From Azolla caroliniana (taxonomy: Eukaryota; Plantae; Polypodiophyta), in the NCBI GenBank assembly GCA_043228905.1, contig JBHGNT010000011.1, positions 8,060,001 to 8,124,000 of the forward strand: a DNA stretch of 64,000 nucleotides, given 5' to 3'. The notes beneath the pieces are model-generated. The model did not search any database and was not told the origin of the DNA. It saw only the letters and a program-made list of their open reading frames with translations. Position 1 is the stretch's first letter. Each line of letters begins with the position of its first letter. Of the stretch, positions 12,120-24,829 are shown piece by piece. The position numbers and the translations under genes are program-made.

Positions 12120-15100
12120 CTAGTTGTCGGTCTTGTCTAAGCTTACATAAGGTTCTTTGTCAGTTTGTTTCTTGAAAATCTTCACCTGTTTCCCTGCTAT
12201 AGGCACCCGCAGTACTGTTCCATCCAACTCGCATAGTCGGTAAGTTCCGTTGTCAAAAACTTTTCGAACCTCATATGGCCCGAACCACCTTTTAGCGAAC
12301 TTCCGAATTGTTGTATGTTGATGATCCAAACTACTATCATAGACAATCACCCAATCTCCTTCTTCAATCTTCTGTGGTCGTAGTCGGTGGTTTGTGTCGA
12401 ACGGGCTTTTGTTCCGGAATCGCACTTCTTGTTGTCGGCGTGTTGCTTCCGCTCTGTCTTCCAGTCTTCCCTCTAGTTGCAATATCCGGACCACTAGTAG
12501 TTCTTCCCGGCTCATCTCTTCCTTCCACAGTAGCATTGTCCATGTCGCGACCGCGGTTTCCGTCGGCATTACCAGTGCTTGTCCGGTCATAAGTTCTGTC
12601 GGCATATAACCGGTTACGAAACTATGCGTCGTCCGATCCACCCATAGTGCATACGGAAGCATCTGTGGCCAATCCTTCACCCTTTTGTCGCATGCTTTGG
12701 CAAGTGCTTTAACGATCGGACTATGCCCTCATTCGATTTTCCCGTTGGCCTCCGGATTGTATGCCGTTGTTAGTGTTAACTGAACTCCATGTTTGGTAAA
12801 GAATTGCCTAGCTTTATCAGAGTCGAGTTCTCCCCGATCCACAATCACTTCTCCTACGCACCCGTACCTGCAAAACACTTCATCCAAAAGGAGTTGACAT
12901 ACCGCAGAACACGTTTTCCTCCGTAGTGCTTGACCTTCTACTTGGTTTGTGAGATCTTCCCGAGCTAACACCAAGTACTTCTTTTGTCCGATCCCGGTTG
13001 GCATGGCTACAATGTCAACCATCCATTTGAAGTTGATTGTCGGTGAGAATGTCAGATGTATCTCATCTTGGTGTCGAACTCTGGAGTAGATTTGACATTT
13101 CTCGTAGCTTTCCATGAACTCCGCTATATCTTTGTACATGTTCTTCCACCAATATTTTTGTTTGATTTTCATAAAAGTTGCCCATGTTCCTCGATGTCCA
13201 ACCCAATCAGATTCGTGAAACTCGGACATTATCTGATTTCGTTACTCTTTCATCCCGACTATCCGAAGTGGTATGCCACCCGGTCTTTTCAGCTCCCTCC
13301 ATATTAATCCATTTTTCAAGAAGAACTTTTGGACTTGCCTCTTCTTCCTTCGGATCTCAGCTCTCTTCTCTTTATCGCCCGGTGATTCCTCAATCTCTTG
13401 TAGCACCTTTCCAATCATCGAGCTTTCTCCCTCATATTCTTCTTCTCGCAATTCTCGGATTATGTTTACTCGACATATGTGCTCCGAAGCAAAGTAGTCT
13501 TCAGAAACTTCTTCATTTATCGGATTCGGCTATGTCGTCTCCGAACCGAGCCCTTGATAGCATATCCGCTACCGCGTTTTCCGGAGACGTGTCGTACGTC
13601 CGGGTTAAGCGACTTAACATATGCAATCCATCTTAGCATAGCCACATTTGGTATCGTGCAACACCGCATCATCCCGAGTATCGGAAAATAATCTGTTTCG
13701 ATCACTACTTCGGCTCCGATCAAATAATCTCGATCTGATTTGATTGCCGACACGACTCCCCATAATTCTCTTTTGACTTGTGCATATCCGCATTGCCTTT
13801 CATTGAGAACCTTTGCTCCGAATCGGATCGGATATCGCAAACCATCCGAGTCGGCTTGATTAATGACCCATCCGATCCCAGTTGGGCTTGTATCAACTAT
13901 TACTATAACCGGTCAGTCATAGTTCAGCTTCTTTAGTGCTTTTGCCCTCCGTAGTGATTTCTTGAGCTTCTTCATGGCTTTGGTATGCTCCGGTTTCCAT
14001 TCAAACTTATTCCCCTTCCGCAACAAGTGATAGAGTGGGTCCGCTATGTGTGCATGGTGCGGAATCCATATATGGTCAAATGCACATGCTCCAAGAAACC
14101 TTCAGACTTCGGAGTGTGACTTGCATATTTCTTTCATAGCTTGAATCACATCGATCTTGGTCGGTGACGGTCTTCAGCCGTAGGGCCCACATAGATGTCC
14201 GACTACCAATATCTCTTCTTGCTCGAATGCCGATTTCTCCCCGGAAAGTGTTAGGTGCACATCTTCTAACTTTCGAAACACTTTCTTGCCATCACGAATA
14301 TGGTCGACTACGAACTTTCAGCATCCTCAATCATCCATAGTTTCATCTTTTTCTTCAACCGCGCATCCTTTCATCGGAATGTCATCTAGGAACGGCATCG
14401 TTATCTCCAGGATGCAATCTCGAAGCACCTTGTTCATCATATGTGCAACCGAGTTTGTCGCTCCTTGTGGTAGTGTGCACATTCGGACTAACCCTATCGG
14501 TGTCTGCATGGTGGTGATGTCTCGGCTCTCCACAGCTAGTTGGAATTGGTCATACCCGAGCCGGAGTATAGGTCTCCGATGGAGTATATCGCGCATCCGG
14601 CAAAAGCTTCCGCAAATTAGTCCACTATCAGACCGACTCCCGAGTTCCGGACTGTGACCTTGTTCACCAGTTGCAAGTCTTGGATAAATCGGAGTGATCC
14701 ATTCTTCTTCGGAACCGTAAACCATCGATTCGAGTATGGAGTGTTTGATGGCTCTAGAATCCCCATCGCCACCTTCTCCTTGAGCAAGTCGATGACTTTC
14801 GGAATATGCGCCCGCGGCACCGGAATCGGCTTCAGGTTCCACGACACATGGTCAATTGTGAAGATCACCATCGGCTCCACTATCTTCGGATCAATGCATC
14901 CTATCTCCCTTGATGTGGATGCGAACGCTTTGCCATGTTGCTCCAACATCTCACGAAACCGTTCTTCTTCTTTTTGTAAGAGGAAACCACCTCCACCGAT
15001 CCAAAGTTTCTTCCAAGTCTCATCCGTGAAGACAAGTCCAATATCCACGGACTTCCAAAGTGTCGGATTTCTCGAGACTTCTTTCCTCTTTTGTTTGCTA

Positions 15101-16519
15101 TCAGCGGGTAGTGGTCCCACGGCCGGTTTCACCTTCTTCTCCACGGTCTTGTATTTCGTACTTACCATTGCTTCTTCTTTGCGGAGCGCATCTGGCCCCA
15201 TTTTCGCAACGATCTCGTACATCTCGACTGATTCCACCGGAATTACCCGGTTTCCCTGGCTTGTATCTTCCGCAAGCTCTTCAAGCCGTTGTAGCGTGCT
15301 CCCATAGAACACTTCTTCGACTACTCCCACGATTTCTTCGTCTTCTTTTATTATTGATGCCGACCGTAACTTATCCTCCACTTTTCGGTATTCTTTCTTT
15401 ATTCCTCCGGTTACGGCCGTGTACGTGGATGCCCCATCCGAACCAATTCATACTTGTTTTGCTCCGAGAGTTTTCTTCCTGTGTGGGGTATCAGGGCTTC
15501 TCGGACTATCACTTCCCCACTCCACAACAATTTGCTCTAAAAATCCATTCTTGTTTGGGACAAGAAATCTCTCTTGTTCCTTTCATGATTTGTCGGCACC
15601 GTTAGGGATTGGACGGATTTCCCTCCGTTTTGGCTCCGAATTCGTGCAAAAGCCGTGATAAAGGGTTGCCCGAGGCTCACGGAGTGTGAGACCTCGTCTT
15701 GTACAAAGAAATTTTGGCCGATCTCGGCATCCCCGATCTTCACCGTCACATCCGGACAAACCGCAAATAGATCTTCCATTGCTTTAGTGGCCGTCTGGAT
15801 CTTCCATCCATGATTGGTGTTAATAGGCCACTTCCCCTTCATGTAGAACTCCTTAGACATCAAATTGATCTCCGATCCGTGATCAATCAATGCTAGCACA
15901 GGCTCTTTGATGTTGCCGATTCGGACCGGAGTCTCGGTAGTTGCACGCGCCCAGTGTGGCTTTGTATAGTGGGAATTCGAAATCTCGTCCTCCACTTCGG
16001 TGTCGTTCATCCGAACGGTATTTGCATTCACCATCGGCGCATTTTCCTCTGTAGTTTGTCTTTCTGTTTTCACGAGATCCACAAGAAGATCATGGAACTC
16101 CTTTTTTGCTATTCCGAGTAGTTCCCGAAGCGAAAAATCTACCCGGCTATCAAGGATTCTCTCCTCGAACACTTTCTTTATGTCCGTCCGTTGCTCGATG
16201 TCCGAAGCGAGTTTGAATGCGGGAATCGTTTTTCCTTTCCCTCTTCTGTCAGAGTTCCAGCTCTCCGGTGTCTTCGATGGTCCGGCCACATCCTCCGTGC
16301 GTCGTCGCTTCTCGTCCACATACACCTCATGTAATTAACATAGGGCGTATACACTATTCTTATCGATGGGGCACTCCCATCCCGTAGCTTCCCGGATGCC
16401 TTCCACGGTGCTTCGGATCTCGTTGGAGTCGGTTTTCTCAGTGTTTTCTAGCACTTCCGGCCAAAAAGACACCTTTACTCCCGATGACTCCCCGACACGT
16501 ATTCCCGCGGTTGTCACGT
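12120..16519 (-). pseudogene. C pol (PR, RT, RH, IN) and end of gag
   Basis: LIDHGSEINL; KPIPVPRAH; SNRWFTVPKKNG; PFLDDIPMKG; TTAYNPEANGKIE; WFGPY. Multiple stops. Confidence 0.92.
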
Positions 16520-17170
16520 TGTCGAGGTTTTCCTCGCGGATGCGCGGAATGAGGCGGGACCTCGGGGGTCTTGTACCGAAGAGCAAGAGAGAAAGGAGAA
16601 GGGAGGGGACCTGCTACGTGCGAGCGTAGATTCATAGGGACACGGCCCTTCGACACAGAGACGCGAGTGGGACACCGACACAGAGAGACACTAATGTATG
16701 TAAATATATATTAACAAACAAACAACAAGAAGCACGAAATCGGTTACAACCGAACAGGCCGGCGAACAGATGCCGATGCCTGTTCGTAAACGCACAGAAA
16801 AGAAAGAGTAGGTTGGAGGTGCTGCCGGAAGCACTCGGGCATTCCTCAGAGCAGCGCGAGCCTCCCGAAACCTGCACAGCAAGAACCTACGGAGTTTGCG
16901 AGCGAGAGAGAGAGAGAAGCCTCCGACCCACAAACTGACAACACTTCGTCCTCGACTCCCCGCGATCCCTCACCCCCTCCTCGTCTCCCTTCTTTTATAG
17001 GCAAGGAAGGAGTTGTTTCCCATTAACTTCCTACCTACCGAATCTACCTACCTAGGATCTTCTATGTACCTAATTCCCTCTTATGTGCAATATAAGGCGT
17101 TCGTGCACGAAGAGCCGGTTCCTACGCTCCGGTGCACCGATTCCGCTTGTGGACGGTTTTCTTCACGACA
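16520..17170 (-). repeat. Element D 3' LTR
   Basis: TGTCGAGG...CACGACA direct repeat of 22676-23330. Confidence 0.95.
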
Positions 17171-17243
17171 TCCGCCCCCACCTAACCACGCATCCTCCGG
17201 CATGCGCCAAATTGAGTTGGGACGGAGAAAACCGGTCCAGCCT

Positions 17244-20200
17244 TCATTCCCCACCCGTCGGTTCTTCCTCGGTTTCGGATCGTTCGTCGTTCCGGTCCAG
17301 GTTAACCGGATTTGGCTCGTCGTCGTGACGCTTCTTGAACGCTTTGATCCGCTTCCCAGCTACCGGTATCGCCATTCTCGTGCCGTCGAGTTCCGCTAGA
17401 TGGTACGTCCCGTTGTCGTTGGCGCTTTGTACCACGTAAGGCCCAAACCACCTTCTTGCGAACTTCCGTGTTGCTGGGTGCTAGTTGTCGAGGCTGTTGT
17501 CATAGACTAGCACCCAGTCGCCTTCCTCGATCTTCTTTGGTCGTAGCCGGTGCGTTCGGTCGAACCGGGCTTTGTTCCTCGTCCTTGCCACCCGAAGCTT
17601 TTCCGTAGCCTGCTCCACGTCCTCCGGTCTTCGCTCGAGCTGTCGTATGCGCGCCGCCAACAGTTCCTCTCAGCTCATCTCGTCTCTCCAGTCCACGGTT
17701 GCCCACGAGGAGATCGTACGTTCCATCGGCATGATCGGCTTCTGCCCAAACATGAGCTCTGCCGGCATGAATCCGGTTACCGAACTGTGCGTAGTTCGGT
17801 CAGCCCACAACGCGTAAGGCAGCAGTCGCGGCCAGTTCTCGACTTGCCCTCCGCATGCCCGAACTAACGCCTTGACGATCGGTCCGTGCCGCGCTCCACC
17901 TTCCCATTCGCCTCTGGATTGTACGCAGTGGTAAGCGAGAGCTTGACTCCTAGCCGATCGAACAACTCCTCGGCCTCTTCGGCGTCCAACTCCCCACGAT
18001 CAGCCACGATCTTCCTGACGCACCCGTACTGGCATATCACATCCTCGATCAGGAACCGACATATGGCCGCGGTCGTTTTGTTCTGAAGGGCTCGGCCTTC
18101 CACCTGGTTCGTCAGATCTTCCCGAGCTAGGACCAGATACCGCATATGTCCTACGTCCATCGGCATCGTCACCAGATCTACCATCCATTTGAAGTTGATG
18201 GTCGGCGGGTACGTAGGGTGAAGCTCGTCCCGATGTCGGACTATGGAGTGCATTTGACAGCTCTCGCAAGTTGTCACAAACCGATGCACGTCCCGGTACA
18301 GTCCCGACCACCAGTACTTCCCCTTTATCTTCTCGAACGTGGCCCACGTTCCGCGGTGTCCAGCCCAAGGGCTGTCGTGGTAGGCCGTCAGCAGCTCCTC
18401 CTGTTCGTCCTTCATCGCCACCACCCGGAGCGGGACACCGTTCCTCTTCTTCGGGTGCTTCCATAAGTATCCGTCCCGGAGAAAGAATTGGTAAGCTTTC
18501 TTCCGGATCCGGTTGGCCTCGTCCTTCGTCCACGACGCATCCGGCGTCATCGTCCTCAAAAATCCACCGATCTGGAGCCACTTGCCGTCGTACTTGCTCG
18601 TCCCATCGGTCGTCACGTACGCTGCCTCGAAGAAGTCCACGCCGACTTCTTCGTCCTCCGAAACCATGCCGCCCTCGTCATCAAACCTCGCCCTCGAAAG
18701 CATGTCGGCCATGGCGTTGTCCTTTCCGGAAATGTGTCGTATTTCCGGGTCCAGGGACTTGATGTACGCTATCCACCTGAGCATTGCCAGGTCCGGTGTC
18801 GCGCATCCGGAAACCATGCCGAGAATTGGCAGGCAATCCGTCTTGATAATCACTTCTGTTCCGATCAGGTAGTCTTTGTCGGCCTTTACTGCCGAAACGA
18901 TACCCCAGAGTTCGCGTTTAACCTGGGTGTACCCTCGCTGTCGCTCGCTGAGGACCTTTGCTCCGGATCGGATCGGGAACCGAATGTCGTCCTCGTTTTC
19001 TTGGTTGACGACCCATCCGATCCCGGTCGGACTCGTATCCACCGTTATGTATACCGGGGTACCCTTCTCGTAGACAGCCTTCCGGAGCGCCGGGCTACCG
19101 CAAGAGCCTCCTTCAGCTTCCGGACCGACTCCGTGTGCTCGTCTCACCACTCGAATTTTCGCCCCTTCTTCAACAACCATATAGCGGCTCTGCAACGTGG
19201 GCGTAATGCGGGATCCATATGTGGTAGAATGCGCATGCCCCCAGGAACCTCCGAATTTCCGTAACCGAGCTACAGTCGGTCTTCATCGTGGAGATGGCTT
19301 CTACCTTTTCCGAAGACGGCTTCCGGCCATACGGTCCACACAGGTGCCCGACCACCAGCCTTTCTGATTGCCCGAAGGCCGATTTCTCCCCGGAGAAGGT
19401 GAGCCTCGCATCCTCTAGCCTTTGTAGCACCTTCTCGCAGTCGTCGATGTGTGTTGCCACGAATCGCCGGCATCCGTCCGACCCAACTGTCTCGTCCTTC
19501 TCTTCCACCGGGCACCCCTTTATCGGGATGTCGTCCAGAAATGGCATGGTGATGTCCGGGATGCAATCCCTCAGTACCTTGTTAATTGCATTCACCATGT
19601 GGGCCACCGAGTTGGTCCCTCCTTGTGGCAGGGTACACATTCGCACTAGGCCGAGGGGAGTTTGCATCGTCGTAATGTCTCTGCTCTCCACGGCTAGCTG
19701 GAACTGGTCGTACCCCGAGTACAGATCACCGACCGAGTAAATCGACCTTCCGGCGAAGGCCTCCACGAACTCGTCTATGGTCGGTCCGATTCCTGCGTTC
19801 CGAATGGTCACTCTGTTGACCGGCTGCAGGTCCTAAATGAAGCGCAATGTTCCATTTTTCTTTGGTACGGTAAACCATCGGTTCGAGTATGGCGCGCTCG
19901 ACGGTTCGAGAATACCCATATCGACTTTCTGCCTCAGTAGCTCCATCAACTCCGGGATGTGAGCTCTCGGTACTGGAATCGGCTTGAGATTCCACGGCAC
20001 ATGCGGTACCGTGAATATCACCATTGGCTCCACGATCGTCGGGTCCACGCACCCGATCTCTTCCGGTGAGAATGCGAAGGCCTTTCCGTGCCTTCCGAGC
20101 ATTCTCCGAAACCGGTCTTCCTCCGCCGGCAGTAGGAACCCGCCCCCACCGATTTTGAGCTCCCGGAGCGTCCCGTCAGTGAAGGTGTGTCCTATGCAGA

Positions 20201-22632
20201 CCGGATCTCGTACACTGGGGTCCGACGCAACCCCTCTGATTCGGGACTCGTTGTCCTCCGGTAAGGGTGCCGCGACTGGCCTTACCTTCCGGTCCACAGT
20301 CTTGTACTTCGTGCTAACTCGGGCTGTCCGATCCGACCGGAGCCCCTGGCTGAAGTTCGCGATGACTTCGTACATCTCTTCGGAACATACCGGTATCGTC
20401 CGGTCTTCGTTAAGGTCTTCTCCGGCTACCTTCCTCAGCATCCCCAAGGTGTCGTCGAAGGAGACCGCCTCCACGGCCCCGCTGATTTCCTCGTCTGTGC
20501 CGAGAACTCCGCACGCTCGAAGTCGCTCCTCCGCCCTTGCCCTTTCTCGGCCAACGATGCCGACTAACATACACCCTCCATTGCCGGAGAAGCAAAATCT
20601 TTTACTTATCGTACAGGGTTTCTTCGGTTTCGGTTCTATCGTACAGCTCTGGGGTCTTTCCCGAGTGTCCGGACTGTCTCGGCCCCACGCCTTGGCACCC
20701 CTCTGTAAAATCCTCCCGGTTCTCGCCACCGAGGGATTCACGGTTCCGCTCGTGGTTTGGTCGCACCGTTAGAAATTGGACCGAATGGCGCTCGTCCTGG
20801 CTCTTGACCCTCGCGTAGGCGGAACCGTTGTCTAGCACCTTGGTCTCCATCCGCGCCGCCGTGATGTATGGTTCCCCTAATATGACCTGGTCAATCTCGA
20901 CGTCGCCAATCTTGACTCGCACGTTCGGGCAGGCCCCGTGCACTTCCTCGGTGGCGCGCGTCGCCGCCCGTATCTTCCACCCGTGCTTGGTGTTGATCGG
21001 CCACTTTCCCTTCTTATAGAAGTCCATGGACATCAGGTTTATTTCCGAACCGTGGTCCACCAGCGCCACCACCGGTTCCTGAACATCTCCGATCTTGACC
21101 GGGGTCTCCGTGGTTGCTCGGGCCCAGTGTGGCCTCGAATAGTGGCTCTCCGCCCACTCATCCTCCAGCACCAAGTCGTCGATGTGCGTCGTCCGCATCT
21201 CCACCGGTCTTTCCGGTTCTGTCTCCGTCGACAGCCTCTTCCGCTTTACCAGGTCCACAATGGAGTCGTGGAACTCCTTCCTGGCGATCCCTAGCACCTC
21301 CCGCAATGACAACTCCACTTTGCTATCGAGGATCCGTTCTTCTAGGACCTTTCGTAGGTCCGTAGTCCTTTCTATTTCCGTCCCCAGTCGGTATCCGCCC
21401 TTCCTGGGGTTATCTTGAGAGCTGGACCCACCGACATCATTCCGTCGCTGCCCGAATCGGGTCTCGTATCGTTGTGAGGGCCCGGCCGCTCCGTCTTTCC
21501 CTACTCGTTTGTCTTCTACCAGAGCCTCGTAGTTCCCTACTCCTTTCGGGCCTCGCTGCCCCAGACCCGAATGCTGGCCGACGCCGAGTAGTGGATGGCC
21601 TCCACATGTCGGGCCGCTGCCTCTTCCATCAGTCTCTTCATACCTCCTCACTCGTCGTTCCGGTTCAAGGCCCTTCTGGTATTGCCGGCGTGCACCCGGC
21701 CTTTCCATAGGTACACCACCCGGTTCCTCAACGCCTCTGCGAAATCGCCGCAGTCCTTCCGAATGTGGCCGACCTCGTCGCACCACATGCACCTGTTCCC
21801 TGTTGCCGGTCGTCGGTCACGAGCCGGTTCGCCGCCTTCCCTTCGAGTCTGGGCGATCTGGAGATCCTTTATCGCCCGCGTCAACTCCTCCGGACGAGCC
21901 ATTGACCATGCCGGTCGAAGCCGGAGCGGTTTCGAGCCACTCCTGGGTCTCTGCCCTTCGCCCTTGTGGTGCCGGTTCAAGCCTCCTTGCTGCGACAGCG
22001 CCCGCTCCGGTCGCCCCGTTGTCAGCCCATTCTCGCCGTTTGTCGAAACGGCCACTGACTCTCTTCACCGCAGCCCAGTCGGTTGTCAGCCCGTCTTTGG
22101 TTTCTAGCAAGGAGCCGACTTGATCCTGGTCCCGCTCGTCCACCGACTTGACGAACAGTAGGACCTGGCTCGTATCCAGAACGGTTCGGTCAAGCGCCGA
22201 AAGGCGCGCAAAGCGTTCCTCAAACTCCCATAGGAGTGCCAACGCATTTCTTCCTTTGCCGGGGGACTCCACCCATTCCATGCAGTCCCGTTTCGAAAGC
22301 CGGAGCGCGTCGTCCAGCCCGTATTTCTCCAGGAGTCGGCCTTCGAACTCCTCCCAGGTACGGCTCTCCGCCCGTACCTCGAGCACCTCCGCATGGATGC
22401 TCGGCATCGCCACTCAAGGGAACCCGGCAAGACGCCTCTCTTCCGGAATGTCCCGCATCAGCATTTCCGCCCCGTAGGACGCCAAATACTTCGTAGCATC
22501 CTTTCCGCTGAACCGGCCAATCGTACCGACAACTGCCTCAATGGCTCTATCGAGGGCGCCGGTGCCCTCGCGTGTGCTCAATATCCGATCCACGGCCGAA
22601 GCCATGGCCTCTGCAAGATCCGACCCCCTCAT
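17244..22632 (-). pseudogene. D gag-pol, lightly degraded
   Basis: CMWCDEVGHIRKDC knuckle; VDHGSEINL; PFLDDIPIKG; VDTSPTG RNase H; HDSPWAGH..CESC integrase zinc finger. A few stops and frameshifts. Confidence 0.93.
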
Positions 22633-22654
22633 CTTCTGCTCTTCTGCCGCCTCC

Positions 22655-22672
22655 TTCACGTCGGGTTCACGA
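22655..22672 (-). promoter_or_regulatory. PBS of D (tRNA-Trp)
   Basis: Plus strand TTCACGTCGGGTTCACGA versus the plant tRNA-Trp 3' end TTCACGTCGGGTTCACCA (recalled sequence), 1 mismatch. Confidence 0.85.
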
Positions 22673-22675
22673 AGA

Positions 22676-23330
22676 TGTCGAGGTTTTCCTCGCGGATGCG
22701 CGGAATGAGGCGGGACCTCGGGGGTCTTGTACCGAAGAGCAAGAGAGAAAGGAGAAGGGAGGGGACCTGCTACGTGCGAGTGTAGATTCACAGGGACACG
22801 GCCCTTCGACACAAAGATGCGAGTGGGACACCGACACAGAGAGACACTAATGTATGTAAATATATATTAACAAACAAACAACAAGAAGCACGAAGTCGGT
22901 TACAACCAAACAGGCCGGCGAACAGATGCCGATGCCTGTTCGTAAACGCACAGAAAAGAAAGAGTAGGTTGGAGGTGCTGCCGGAAGCACTCGGGCATTC
23001 CTCAGAGCAGTGCGAGCCTCCCGAAACCTGCACAGCAAGAAGCTACGGAGTTTGCGAGCGAGAGAGAGAGAGAGAGAAGCCTCCGACCCACAAACCGACA
23101 ACACTTCGTCCTCGACTCCCCGCGATCCCTCACCCCCTCCTCGTCTCCCTTCTTTTATAGGCAAGGAAGGAGCCGTTTCCCATTAACTTCCTACCTACCG
23201 AATCTACCTACCTAGGATCTTCTATGTACCTAATTCCCTCTTATGTGCAATATAAGGCGTTCGTGCATGAAGAGCCGGTTCCTACGCTCCGGTGCACCGA
23301 TTCCGCTTGTGGACGGTTTTCTTCACGACA
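22676..23330 (-). repeat. Element D 5' LTR
   Basis: Direct repeat of 16520-17170. Confidence 0.95.
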
Positions 23331-23334
23331 ACGT

Positions 23335-24353
23335 AATTGCTCTTCGCTGCTATTTCCTCCTCTAGGACCTTCTTCATGCCACCTTTTCGGAAGTTCGGTC
23401 GGAGCGGCTTCCGAGAGTCCATCGAATGAATCCGATTTCCCTCGCAGTAGATAAGATCCTGTCGTAGTGCTTCCTTGTGCTCCTCGCAATCCCTCCAATC
23501 ATGTTCGGTGCTATCGCACCATATGCACTGACGGTCCATATATTTGGAACTTGTGGGACGGTCATCCGACTTCTTCACCATCACGATTTTTTGATTCTCC
23601 ATCTCCTTCAGCAACTGCTCCACCGTAGTTGCATCGATTCCCTTCTCAGTCGTAGCTTCCCGAGCCCGCGGTTGATGGTCTTTCGAGCTGGATCTCGGCT
23701 TCGGAATAGGTTCCGAAACCCTCTTTTCTTCGTTGGCAAGCCATTGCCCCCTCTTTGTGTATCGCAACGATATCCCGCATGCTTTCCCATGTTTCGGTGA
23801 GGCCACTCTCGGTAATCGTATCCTATAGAAGCACTCCAAGATCCTTCCGGTTCCGGGCGTCTACGGCTCGTAAGAACATGATAACTTTGTCCGGTGCGAG
23901 GATAGCTTGATCTCTCGCAGACAACCTCCCGAACCGACTTTTGAATGTTGAAAACACATTGAGGACCATCATCCCCTTGTCCGGCGTTTCCACCCAATCC
24001 TCGAATCCTCTCCGTGTTGCCTTGGAGGAGTCCTCGATAGCAAACGTGGTCTTTAACACCTCTTCAAACGCTTCCCACGTCGTATTTTGTTGTCGTAGCC
24101 TGTGGATACTTGCTTGAAGCCCGTCAGTAGCCACCCGGTTGAAGGATGTCACTTGCAGTCCTTCTGAAATCCCGCACCGTAGCATTTCCGCCTTGTAGTC
24201 CCAAAGATAGCGTGATACGTCCTTTCCGTTGAATTGCCCGATCCGTTGCACGAGCCGCTCTACTGTCGCCACTATCTCTGACATCGCACGTTGTTCTTGA
24301 AGCATCCGCTCGAACATCATCATCATGTTGTTAGCCTCCGGTTGATTTTCCAT
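23335..24353 (-). pseudogene. C gag N-terminal part
   Basis: IGQFNGKDVSRYL (homologous to D IGRFSGKDATKYL); CIWCDSTEHDWRDC knuckle. Confidence 0.88.
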
Positions 24354-24369
24354 CTCCTTGCCACCCGTT

Positions 24370-24387
24370 TTCACGTCAGGTTCACCA
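24370..24387 (-). promoter_or_regulatory. PBS of C (tRNA-Trp)
   Basis: Plus strand TTCACGTCAGGTTCACCA, 1 mismatch to the tRNA-Trp 3' end, 4 nt from the LTR. Confidence 0.85.
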
Positions 24388-24391
24388 AATG

Positions 24392-24829
24392 TGTCGTGCC
24401 TTTCGGCTCCGGATCGTTGCGTGAGTCGGGCGGAAACCATTGAGGTTTTGGACTAGGAGAAAAGAAAATTCTAAGGCAATTAAGAATATGAAATATATTG
24501 TAAGAAAGAAAGATATGAAAAACTCGTGAATCCCACGAGTATATTATATTAATCAACCGTTGTAAAATAATCAACAACCACTATACATCTTTCTCTCTTC
24601 CTTATATAGTGTTGGAAGAGTCTAAGTTTATCACATGCCAGCATCATGCTTTTCCTAACTTTAGTTTTCATGCACACTACATGTGCATGATTAGCTTTCT
24701 ATCCCATCTTTTCTTTTAACTCGAGTGTGTATGCATGAATAACTTTTTGTACCATGCATATCTACAATATTTACATGGGATAAAGTTTAGTATAACTTTA
24801 AAATTCCTAATATGCTAGTATAGTGGTAA
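24392..24829 (-). repeat. Element C 5' LTR, truncated
   Basis: Identity to the 3' LTR stops abruptly after TAGTGGTAA; about 210 bp are missing. Confidence 0.9.

Larger units (their letters stand above)
16520..23330 (-). mobile_element. Element D, full-length relative of C nested in C gag
   Basis: LTRs 16520-17170 and 22676-23330 (about a dozen substitutions by eye); TSD acgt/acgt; PPT 17171-17180; PBS 22655-22672. Confidence 0.95.
11316..24829 (-). mobile_element. Element C, divergent Ty3/gypsy (Ylt1-like by motif), 5' LTR truncated
   Basis: 3' LTR 11316-11955; PPT 11956-11965; PBS 24370-24387; 5' LTR 24392-24829 breaks off; left flank ccgg. Confidence 0.92.

Noticed and set aside
17500-22800. 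Many long plus-strand ORFs over D
   Set aside because: They are antisense shadows of GC-rich gag-pol with no independent motifs.
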